Part shown: positions 52,871-64,000 of the stretch, in pieces
Position numbering within the stretch: the stretch's first letter is position 1
How the letters are laid out: each line of letters opens with the position of its first letter
Source of the DNA: Eledone cirrhosa
Lineage: Eukaryota
Assembly: GCA_964016885.1 (NCBI GenBank)
Contig: OZ024742.1
Coordinates: forward strand, 230,020,001-230,084,000
Direction: 5' to 3'
DNA: 64,000 nt
Translations under genes and position numbers: made by a program
The notes under the pieces: generated by a model
Told to the model about the DNA's origin: nothing
The model's input: only the letters and a program-made list of their open reading frames with translations
Database searches by the model: none

Positions 52871-54775
52871 CAGGTCACCACTTGGTGCTACTGGTAACAT
52901 GTATCCCAGTACAACCTGACTCATGGTCGGGTCGTTGGCGACTAAACTGGCAACCCCACCAAGGTTTCTTGGTGAGGAGGGTGACTTTGGACATCCTGCA
53001 GGACTAAAAACAAAACCTGTCAAAGGGCAAAGGAGCTCTTAAGAGTCAATGGCTATCCAAAATCACTGGGAGAGATGACCCCTTAGCCTTTGTCAAGGCA
53101 GAATTCTAGGAGAAGGAAAACTCTGATATAACACCTGCAACCTTGATGGTATCCAATGATGTTGACTTGTTCTTATTTTTGGTAAATATCATCTTGGTTA
53201 AGAGAGTGGGACTGGCTTTGTGCAGTGCCTTTGCTCACTATAAAAGCTTCACGGCACAGGCATTGCTTTATATCTGGAGATCTCTCTGCACTTGTCGTCA
53301 CATGGTACCAAAGGCAAAGCACTATGTGTTGATAATTGTCACAAGTGTAATGTTTGTACCAGAGTTTTCAAGTCGCTGGCTGGACTAAAAAGTCACACTC
53401 GTTCAGCGCATCGGTAGGGGTTCTCCTACATGGATATAAAGTAGTGGCCGTACTCGAAAACGAGTTGGCAGCCACCATGTATGTATGTATGTATGTATGT
53501 ATGTATGTATGTATGTTTTATGCCAGGTCACCAGTTGGTGCTACTGGTAACATGTATTCCAGTACAACCTGTCCCATGATCGGGTCGTTGGCGACTAAAC
53601 TGGCAACCCCACCAATGTTTCCTGGTGAGGAGGGTGACTTTGGACATCCTGCAGGACTAAGAACAAACCCTGTCAAAGGGCAAAGGATCTCTTAAGAGTC
53701 AATGGCCATCCAAAATCACCGGGAGAGATGGCCCCTTAGCCTTTGTCAAGGCAGAATTCTAGGAGAAGGAAAACTCTGTTAAAACACCTGCAACCCTGAT
53801 GGTATCCAATGATGTTGACTTGTTCTTCTTTTTGGTAAATATCATCTTGGTTAAGAGAGTGGGACTGGCTTTGTGCAGTGCCTTTGCTCACTATAAAAGC
53901 TTCACGGCACAGGCATTGCTTTATATCTGGAGATCTCTCTGCACTTGTCGTCACATGGTACCAAAGGCAAAGCACTATGTGTTGATAATTGTCACAAGTG
54001 TAATGTTTGTACCAGAGTTTTCAAGTCGCTGGCTGGACTAAAAAGTCACACTCGTTCAGCGCATCGGTAGGGGTTCTCCTACATGGATATAAAGTAGTGG
54101 CCGTACTCGAAAACGAGTTGGCAGCCACCATGTATGTATGTATGTATGTATGTATGTATGTATGTATGTTTTATGCCAGGTCACCAGTTGGTGCTACTGG
54201 TAACATGTATTCCAGTACAACCTGTCCCATGATCGGGTCGTTGGCGACTAAACTGGCAACCCCACCAATGTTTCCTGGTGAGGAGGGTGACTTTGGACAT
54301 CCTGCAGGACTAAGAACAAACCCTGTCAAAGGGCAAAGGATCTCTTAAGAGTCAATGGCCATCCAAAATCACCGGGAGAGATGGCCCCTTAGCCTTTGTC
54401 AAGGCAGAATTCTAGGAGAAGGAAAACTCTGTTAAAACACCTGCAACCCTGATGGTATCCAATGATGTTGACTTGTTCTTCTTTTTGGTAAATATCATCT
54501 TGGTTAAGAGAGTGGAACTGGCTTTGTGCAGTGCCTTTGCTCACTATAAAAGCTTCGCGGCACAGGCATTGCTTTATATCTGGAGATCTCTCTGCACTTG
54601 TCGTCACTTGGGCCCAGCACTATATGTCAATAATTGTCACAAGTGTAGTGTTTGTACCAGAGTTTTCAAGTCGCTGGCTGGACTAAAAAGTCACACTCGT
54701 TCAGCGCATCGGTAGGGGCTGTTCTACATGGATATAAAGTAGTGGCCGTACTCGAAAACGAGGTGGCAGCCAACA
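52871..54775 (+). mobile_element. Three head-to-tail copies (about 600 bp each) of a non-autonomous RTE derivative
   Basis: Units 52871-53477, 53524-54130 and 54177-54775, separated by (TGTA)n; the 3' part encodes HKCSVCTRVFKSLAGLKSHTRSAHR* (C2H2 finger). Confidence 0.85.
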
Positions 54776-56392
54776 TGTGTGTATGTATGTATGTATGTAT
54801 GTATGTATGTATGTATGTATGTATGTATGTATGTATGTATGTACGTATGTATGCATGCATGTATGTATATTCACATGTGTATATATGCGAATGAGAAAGA
54901 TCCAACAAAGAAAAACAACTGAGAGGAATTCAGTATAATGATGATCTACATATTTGTGTAACGCTTGATACAATTGGAAACATGTCTTAAAGTTTCTGAT
55001 GTTAGTCTTTTATCAGATGATAGATTAAGATATAGAAGAAGAAATAGAAAGATGGTTGACAGTCAAAAGAGGAAGAAACGGAAAAAAATATTGATAGAGG
55101 GAAATTATGTGTGTGTTTAGTCAGCCATTTTAATTGGTTTATCTAATATTTGAACATTAATTTCAACCTTTCCATTTTAACCTGTTCTAGAAGTTTATTT
55201 CCATCTTCATAACTTACGTTGTTTAACATAACGAAATATTTCTATTTCTGACAATATTTTAACATATTTATTTTGTTTTATTTCATTATATTTTACTTGA
55301 CTGAAATTAGCTTCAACTACAATGCATCCAGCATGCATTCCTTCTCAAATAATGAACATACGTTAGAAAAAATAAAACAATTTATACATTTACAAACGAA
55401 AAACTATGTATATTTTATATATCAGATAACGCACGTTACGTTGGCCAATTAATTCTCAAATTTTACCAAAACATAAGAATATTTTGAAAACAAAAAATAT
55501 TTCATATTTAGAAATCTTTGAAATTGTAAATAAAAAATGTTAGTCAAATATCAAATGATTTCCGTTTTTCTGTTTTAATTTTACTTTCTCTGGAATTTTC
55601 TTATTTTCTAACAGTTTATTTCGATTCTATTTTGACACATATTCCACACCCGAAAGCAATATAAATAATTTCATTTAAGACCTATATTAACATTTAGTTA
55701 TTACATTATTGAGATACATTCAAAACTGGAGATAATTATTACTTCTTGCGTGCGACATATGATACCTCTATGGTTCCTATCCATTGACATGTCGGGTTTA
55801 TATTATAATAAAGAAAATGTTTGACCACACACCTATTTAACATCCCGTACATATTTCAATTTCTTTGTGTGATACAGTTAGTATTATTTCCAGGACGAAC
55901 TTGCACCAGAGTTGCAAAATAAGCTTCTCAAACGATTTAAGACAAATACCATAACATTTCTACATTGCAGAATCTATATTGTAAGAAGTATATAGCCTTT
56001 TTGTCTTTCTACCACTCAAAAATGCTACAATCGTTAAAATGGTTCTAAGATGTTTATTTAGAATTTATGAAACAATAAAGTAAGACGAAACATGATGGTG
56101 CAACTGGAGTGTTTAGGGTCGGACGCCATGCTTTGACGCATATAGTTACGACCCTTTCCATTCTGAATTCAACTCCCGCAGAAGTTGACTTTGCCTTTCA
56201 TTCTTACGGCGTCGATAAAATAAAATACCAGTAATGCACTGGGTAATTGCTGGCCTTGTGCCAAAAGTAGAAACAATTATATATTAATTTCGATAAAATA
56301 AAGCACCAGTAATGCATTGGTATAATTGGTGGACTTGTGCCAAAATTAGAAACAAATATATATAAATGATTCTCTCTCTCTCTATATATATA

Positions 56393-56606
56393 TTATTAGA
56401 AAGTGAGGTTTTTTTTACAAAATGAAAAATAACCGAGGTGACCTACACGAGTGAAAGTATAAAGAAAAAAAGATGAAATCGAAAATGCAACTGGAGTCTT
56501 ATTTAAAAAAATATATATATATTTATTTGGTTCGTTTACAGGTTTCGCAGTTCTTCTGCTTTTCAAAAGTAGTGTTGAGATGGAGGGTCTGTGGTTTTTC
56601 TCACAT

Positions 56607-56610
<4 letters not shown>
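56393..56610 (-). mobile_element. PLE-type terminus (UUGAAAA family)
   Basis: Reverse complement of 46860-47070; between (TA)n tracts. Confidence 0.7.
56534..56569 (-). ncRNA. Minimal hammerhead, U3-A8 core
   Basis: CTT-TTGAAAA-GCAG(AAGAA)CTGC-GAAAC(CT)GT-A-AAC; GUA triplet; stem I weakened in this copy. Confidence 0.65.
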
Positions 56611-56690
<80 letters not shown>

Positions 56691-56699
56691 ACATATATA

Positions 56700-56900
56700 T
56701 CGATCGTCCCTCATCAAATCAGACAGAGAAAACAATGTTTCCATTTGTCTGTCTTTCCAATTGCTAATACTCTCTATCGGTCGCAACTCCAGGTAGAAGG
56801 AGCAACGTGAAATAAAGTGTCTTGCCCAAGGACAATAACTCATTGCTCGGTCCACGATTGAAAATCCAATTTTCTCACCACTCCGCCACAAGCCTTCACT
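56700..56900 (-). mobile_element. SINE family B
   Basis: Reverse complement of 9113-9330. Confidence 0.8.
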
Positions 56901-56954
56901 TATATATGTATGTGTGTGTGTATGTGTGTGTGGTGTGTGTGAGAGAGAGAGAGA

Positions 56955-57025
<71 letters not shown>

Positions 57026-57039
57026 TTGGTATAGTTAAG

Positions 57040-57315
57040 TTATATTTGAAAAAGGGAAAGGGATGACTTCACTTGTAGTAGGTGTTCTATAACAATTTAA
57101 TTCATAATTTCACAATTTTTTAATTGTATAATGTTGCTATGTAGATCGAATGTCGTTCTTTGTATCGTAATCAACCAGAGCGGCCGCTCCCACAACGAAC
57201 GACGTTAGATCTACATAGCAAATTTAAAAAATTATAAAATTGTAAAATTATAAATTTGAATTGTTATAAATACCAACTAAAATTGAAATCATTCTTTTCC
57301 TTTTTTTAAATATAT
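57040..57315. repeat. Imperfect inverted repeat between (GA)n and (TA)n
   Basis: TTGCTATGTAGATCGAATGTCGTTC ... GAACGACGTTAGATCTACATAGCAA, with diverged outer arms. Confidence 0.6.
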
Positions 57316-57318
57316 GTA

Positions 57319-57389
<71 letters not shown>

Positions 57390-57422
57390 AGTGTAACTTG
57401 GAGTTACTGTAGGTTCACCCGG

Positions 57423-57507
57423 GGTCCGACGAACCGCAGATTACAGACTCGGGTAAGATCGATACAGATCGAACATTGAGCTGATCAGTGGCGAAACGCG
57501 TGTCACC
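57423..57507 (+). ncRNA. Type I hammerhead, core CCGACGA, long stem II insert
   Basis: GGT-CCGACGA-ACCGC(~50 nt)GTGGC-GAAAC(GCGT)GT-C-ACC; lies in a mini-PLE (57387-57560) with an inverted tail. Confidence 0.65.
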
Positions 57508-57857
57508 AGCCAATGAATGTAATGAAGGAGTAAATAATCGTCCTTGTTATATTTTCACTATATATGTATGTGTGTGTGCATGTGTATATGCATATGTATA
57601 TGTGCATGTCTATATGTAATCTGTACATAATATAAATATTTGCTCTACGGATTATATACATATATGCATATCATGTTGACCTTGACCGGCCAGTCTGTCG
57701 GGCGCCAATAGGCGTCGCAGACCACAGCACGTTGTGCTGTTTTAGCCATAAGATAACGTCATCCCACTGGCTGGGCGGGCAGGCCGGTACTCATTTCTAC
57801 AGCTGAGTAAACTGGAGCAACGTGAAATAAAGTGTCTTGCTCAAGGAAACATTTTAT

Positions 57858-57967
<110 letters not shown>

Positions 57968-58146
57968 AGAGCAAACATCACAGACGCTCTATCTCAAAAT
58001 TATTTTTGAAAAGCATTAGAAATGCGCAACCGGTAAAACTTAAAACAAAAACTGAATACTAACCAATACTATTACTAATTCTCACTTATTCCTAATTAAA
58101 CTATTTTTCACTGTGAACAATTTGTCAGCATTTTCTTTTCCGTTTA

Positions 58147-58190
<44 letters not shown>

Positions 58191-58192
58191 TA

Positions 58193-58254
<62 letters not shown>

Positions 58255-58404
58255 GGGGGTGTAACTAGGGATTACTGCAGGTTCACCCAGGAGAGCACTC
58301 GATGTTTAGGTTCACTTCTGTGATGAGGTGTAGAGCTATACAGAGTGTAATATATAGAAAGGATAACAAGGACGATTGATTATTCCTTCATTGCATTTAT
58401 TGAT

Positions 58405-58491
58405 AGGTGACGCGCGTTTCGCCACTGATCAGCTCAAGGTTCGATCTATATCGATCCTACCCGACTCAATAATCCGCAGCTCGACGGACCC
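58405..58491 (-). ncRNA. Type I hammerhead-like motif (inverted copy), core CCGTCGA
   Basis: Reverse complement of 62910-62996. Confidence 0.6.
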
Positions 58492-59442
58492 TCTTAAAAT
58501 GCTATAAGAAAACGAAATACATGCTATGTGGTAAAGTCAGATTAAGGAGTTTGACAAAATGAGTTGTTTTGATTGGTGGGAAGGATCAAGGCGATGTACT
58601 GGCCTGTAGTGTATATGGGGGTGGGTGTGATGGTGAGATGATGGTGACGGTCGGTGGATGAGGTGGGCTGTGGTGGGGTGGTGGTTGGTTGGCCTTGGCA
58701 TGTAGAGTATGTGGGGGTGGATGTGATGATATGGTGGTTGTTAAGGTTATTTAGTGGGATGGGCTGTGGTATGAGGTTAGTGGATTGTCAGTAGACAGGT
58801 TGTATTATGTGTGGGGGTGTGGTATTGGTGCCGTTGTCTATGATAGCGGCGTTTGTGGTGGTGTGGTGGATGTATTGGTGGCGTCAGGTCCTTACCTAGA
58901 TACATAGCTAGACGCTCTTCTTCTGACAGATGCTTTGTATATACGTATACACACACACATATATGTATATATGTGCACATATATTGTTGTATAAACACAC
59001 ACAACATAAAACACATACGCACATCCTTGCCCACACATATCGACACACGCTCACACACTGCCATATGTATATGTAGACACATGTATGTGTATGCGCGCAT
59101 GCTGACACGAATATGGAGAGTGGGGGAGTTTTGGTGGGGGTGGCGAACGACAGAGATGGAGGAAAGTGAGAGGCAATGTAGGAGGTGTTTTACATATATA
59201 CATACACATACATATACGCATACACACATGGGTGTATGGGCACATGGACTCACACTCACGTATACAAAATATACACATACACACTCACACACACGTGTAC
59301 TCACACACACATATATATACACACATATATATATATATACACACACATGTACAGACAACACACAGATATACACGCACATATACACATACCTGCACATACA
59401 TGAGCTCACCTACACATACAGTCAGAATCACCCATATACATA

Positions 59443-60785
59443 ATAACAGCCAATTAAATAGAATACACAAACGACTTAGGTACATCTTTAAGACCCAAGG
59501 TTTTGCAGTAGAAATTGAACCTAACAATAGGACAGTTAACTTTTTAGACGTCACCCTAGAATTAACTCTATAGTTAAAAGCGTCTCCAACAGAGTGTCCA
59601 CACTGTCGGCTAATGAAAACATCTTCAAGAAGCACGCGGAATACTACGATTCCGCACTTATAAACGCTGGTTATACTGAGAAGATTTCTTACATCGACCC
59701 AAAAAACGAACTTAGAAGAAACCTCCACACATAGGACACACAATAACCTTAGACCCTCCCTAGCCGGCAGCGCAGACAGCACCACACATAACTGTCTAGG
59801 AGATAAAGTCATACTCTCCAGCCCCAATAACAACTCCGACTATCGCACACGTTTGCGTACCAATAGAGACAAGGGACATAACGCCAATAGATTACCTGGA
59901 ACCTATTTGAAATATACGCCTGACCAAAACACACACTAACTACCACCCAACCACAAAAGCCTCACTAAACAACGCATAAACCGAAGTAGACCTGTCACGT
60001 GGTATAACCCCCCCCCCTATTCTATACACGTCGCCACTAACATACCGGGAACCTTTTTCAGGGCTCTCGAACAATCTTTTCCACACACACACAAATACCA
60101 CAAGCTCTTCAATAGACACACCGTAAAATTCTCTTTCTCCACAGCACCAAACATAGGCCACACAATAGCACACACTAATAGGGCAAAAATACGAAAACAC
60201 ATGGTTTCCCCTCAACAAACCACCACCACAACCCAGAACGAAATCACACACACAACACAACAACCCATACACCACACCCACACCGCATGACACCAACCGC
60301 CATCGTGCCACCACACCGGTTACACCCAAATGCAACTGCAAAATACGAGCCGAATGCCCACTAAACGGGGAGTGCCTCGTTAAGAATATTGTTTACCGGT
60401 GTGATGTCACAGCCGGCAATAAGGAGTACTCAGTATATAGGTGCGACATCCACTACGTTTAAGGAGCGCTGGTATAACCACAGAAACTCCTTCAAACATA
60501 GATTGAAACGACTCCAAACAAAACTGGCCGACTTGATCTGGGACCTCAAGGACAGGAATATTGAACCCCAGATTTCGTGGTCAGTAAAAAGACGCGTGGC
60601 ATATATCCCCAGTGACAGAAACCCCTGCAGATTATGCCTGGTTGAGGCGGCGGAAATAATTTAATTAAATTCCGCCATAAACTATAGGTCGGACATAATT
60701 GTCAATTGCAGACACAATAGGATGAACACCTTTTCTGCACAAACATTCGCGGGAGGGCCACCCACTAACCATGACCCACCATAAT
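59443..60785 (+). pseudogene. Frameshifted PLE ORF: RT C-terminal piece, linker and GIY-YIG
   Basis: RTVNFLDVTLEL; WYNPP; CNCKIRAECPLNGECLVKNIVYRC / QYIGATSTTFKERWYNHRNSFKH...LADLIWDLK...CRLCLVE...NCRH; internal deletion and frameshifts. Confidence 0.85.
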
Positions 60786-61986
60786 AAGAAACACATCTGC
60801 CCCGTATCACCATCGCCCATCTCAACGAATTTTAATTCTAATCTTACTTTACTTTATATTATTTTATTGTATTGCATTTAACCATATGTAAGCCCGTATT
60901 TTGTATATCAGCCGCATACATAACCCACACCAAAAATCACACTAACCATGACACACCATATTAATAACCACATATACCGCGTCTCAGCATCGCCCATCTC
61001 AATGAACTTATTGTATTGTACTCCATGTAACCATTTCTAAGCCCGCATTTGTATATCATGCCGCACACACCACCATCACCACCACCAAAATTCACATCAA
61101 CATACACACCTCATCGTTGTAACATCGTATTAGATCGGTCTCCTATGATACGTTCTAAATTGCAATCCACAATGACAAGGGACCTTGTAAATACAATGTC
61201 GATCATATCACACCATCGCCGCCACCACCACCACACCACACATCTTCATATGTCTACCATACACACCTACAACCTCATCCCCCCATGTTATCTCTGTCTA
61301 CCCTAACCTACAACCCCACGCTAAATTCGACCCTGTAATTGTACTATCGTACGCACACACAACCACCGCCACCACTAGATACATCCAAATACTTCAACAA
61401 TCATTATCATTAACATCATCAACACACATCACCCCTCGCTCCCAGATCGACTGTATTATATACCCCCCAGCCCCCGTCTGCCTTACCCTATAACACACCG
61501 TAACCTCTGATCATTTAATCATCTTGTCGAACATATCACCCCAGCACCACCACCATCACCATGTCGACAACACACATCGCCGTACGTCCATAAACGTTTC
61601 TGCCCCGCGTCCCCCATGTCACCTTTTAACCGGTATTCGATCCTGTATATATAGTGTGTGTGTCTGTGTGTAAGTATTTTTACACATACGGACGTATAAG
61701 TGTGCGTGCGTGTAAGCATAGTTATATGTATGTGTGTGTGTGTATGTGAACACATGTGTATACATGTGTGCATGTGTGTGTATATATATATCTGTATATA
61801 TATGTGTATGTATATGCGTAAGTGTATGTGTGTGTGTGTCTATATGTATGTGTATGTATGTGTATGTATGTGTGTATATGTGTACGTCTACATATATGTA
61901 TATGGGTGATTCTGACTGTATGTGTAGGTGAGCTCATGTATGTGCAGGTATGTGTATATGTGCGTGTATGTGTGTGTTGTCGGTAC

Positions 61987-62052
<66 letters not shown>

Positions 62053-62067
62053 ATATATATATATATA

Positions 62068-62110
<43 letters not shown>

Positions 62111-62909
62111 ATATATATATATATGTGTGTGAGTACACGTGTGTGTGAGTGTGTATTTGTATATTTTGTATACGTGAGTGTGAGTCCATGTGCCCATACC
62201 CATATGTGTGGATGCGTATATGTATGTGCATGTATATATGTAAAACACCTCCTACATTGCCTCTCACTTTCCCCCACCCCCACCGATACTCCCCCACTCT
62301 CCATATTCGTGACCGCATGCGAGCACGCACATACATGTGGCAGTGTGTGAGCGTGTGTCGATATGTGTGGGCAAGGATGTGTGTATGTGTTTTATGTTGT
62401 GTGTGTTTATACAACAATATATGTGCACATATATACATATATGTGTGTGCGTATACGTATATACAAGGTATCTGTCAGAAGAAGAGCGTCTAAATATGTA
62501 TCTAGGTAAGGCCCTGACGCCACCAATACATCCACCACACCACCACAAACGCCGCTACCATAGACAACGGCACCAATACCTCACCCCCACACACACGCCA
62601 AGCCGTCTACTGACAATCCACTGACCTCATACCACAGCCCATCCCACTAAGCAACCATAACCACCACCATATCATCACATCCACCCCCACATACTCTACA
62701 TGCCAAGGCCAACCAACCACCACCCCACCACAGCCCACCTCATCCACCGACCGTCACCATCATCTCACCATCACACCCACCCCCATATACACTACAGGCC
62801 AGTACATCGCCTTGATCCTTCCCACCAATCAAAACAACTCATTTTGTCAAACTCTTGAATCTGACTTTACCACATAGCATGTATTTCGTTTTCTTATAGC
62901 ATTTTAAGA

Positions 62910-62996
62910 GGGTCCGTCGAGCTGCGGATTATTGAGTCGGGTAGGATCGATATAGATCGAACCTTGAGCTGATCAGTGGCGAAACGCGCGTCACCT
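62910..62996 (+). ncRNA. Type I hammerhead-like motif, core CCGTCGA, long stem II
   Basis: GGGT-CCGTCGA-GCTGC(~50 nt)GTGGC-GAAAC(GCGC)GT-C-ACCT; palindromic ACGCGCGT stem III; GUC triplet. Confidence 0.6.
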
Positions 62997-63063
62997 ATCA
63001 ATAAATGCAATGAAGGAATAATCAATCGTCCTTTTTATCCTTTCTCTCTCTATATATATATAC

Positions 63064-63116
<53 letters not shown>

Positions 63117-63117
63117 A

Positions 63118-64000
63118 TATAAGATCAAAAGATGGTTAAAAGAGTTCCAAGTATTTTATGACGCGCATTTAAAAAACAAATATCATCATGGGATAATATC
63201 TGTGTTCTCATCAGATAAAATAGGGAGACATGATATGAAGCTTAAAAAACACTTGTGAATAGTGAAGTTTTAAATCAACATATGAAACATATGAAAAATA
63301 AATTAAGATTGATGTATGAGATTGGGAAAAAGTGAGGGAGGGGTGGAAAAGGTAAGGAGGAGGAAAAGATGAGAGTAAAGAAGGGGGGGGGAGTATAAGA
63401 AGGGAGAATGAGAGAGGAGGAGAGATGGGTGATAGAGAGAGAGAGAGAGATAGCCTTTACAACTGAGAAAAAATATATATTGTCTCAGAGAGAAATTAAA
63501 AAGCGGTTGGAAGATAATAGCTAATTTAAAAGAATTTGAAATTAAAAGGTTTATGCATGAAGAAAAAGGAATTAAGAATAATATTAAATTAAGGTTTGTA
63601 TATTGAAGGGTTTAATAATATGTGCGAAGAAAAGAAATTATTAATATGTATTATTAAAATAAAAATATTAATGTTATTAAATATATAATGTGAAAAGAAG
63701 GAGAAGAATGAATGAGTTATGAATTTAGAGGAATTAGGTAGGGTTTAAGTTTGTTTTTATGTAATGTAATATGTGTACATAAATAGCTTGTTTAAAAATT
63801 AGCGCAGAAGGCAAAGAAGAAAAGAATCTTTAAGGAAGAAAATATCTAACATCAAAAAATATATATGTTTACGAAATATTTTCTAATGGTAATAATATAA
63901 TATATTAAAAGAAATTAGTTATGGTTTAAGTTTGTTTTTATGTATTGTAATATGTAAAAAGTCAAATTAAGTATTAGTTTAAAACGAGCATGAAAGGATG
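63118..64000 (-). mobile_element. Probable 3' region of another PLE running out of the window
   Basis: HHR near the (TA)n-abutting end; the minus strand is T-rich like 14160-15800; no coding remnant inside the window. Confidence 0.5.
63152..63222 (-). ncRNA. Type I hammerhead, 8-bp stem I, 16-bp stem II, G12 mutated to U
   Basis: TATTTTAT-CTGATGA-GAACACAGATATTATC(CCAT)GATGATATTTGTTTTT-TAAAT(GCGC)GT-C-ATAAAATA. Confidence 0.75.

Larger units (their letters stand above)
58251..63050 (+). mobile_element. Penelope-like (Neptune-like) element with an inverted 1.1-kb 3' copy at its 5' end
   Basis: 58356-59442 is the reverse complement of 61895-63046; the body has RT and GIY-YIG remnants; (TA)n on both sides. 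Confidence 0.9.

Noticed and set aside
54452-54715. C2H2 zinc-finger ORF as a host ZNF gene
   Set aside because: Single finger at the 3' end of a multi-copy retroelement

Overview
AT-rich, microsatellite-dense eukaryotic DNA. The SINE/microsatellite make-up suggests an invertebrate, probably an octopus-like cephalopod (inference only). I found no intact host protein-coding gene; almost all listed ORFs are translations of (TA)n, (CA)n, (TGTA)n or (AAC)n tracts. The window is a retroelement graveyard: a CR1-type RT fragment, several decayed RTE-type LINE pieces, a tandemly amplified internally deleted RTE derivative that ends in a C2H2 finger and a (TGTA)n tail, a CRE-type 3' end, two tRNA-derived SINE families, and many 5'-truncated Penelope-like elements (PLEs; GIY-YIG plus Cys-rich linker, Neptune-like) sitting in (TA)n. 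The main unannotated signal is RNA structure. Reading both strands by eye, I find 17 complete type I hammerhead-ribozyme (HHR) folds in about 9 unrelated sequence families, all in PLE-type 3' ends. Most carry non-canonical cores (CCGAAGA, CCGACGA, CAGAAGA, U3-A8 UUGAAAA, extra purine after A9) or very long stem II/III inserts that a standard motif search would probably miss. One pair brackets a 338-nt retrozyme-like unit. All folds were done by eye and catalytic activity is untested.
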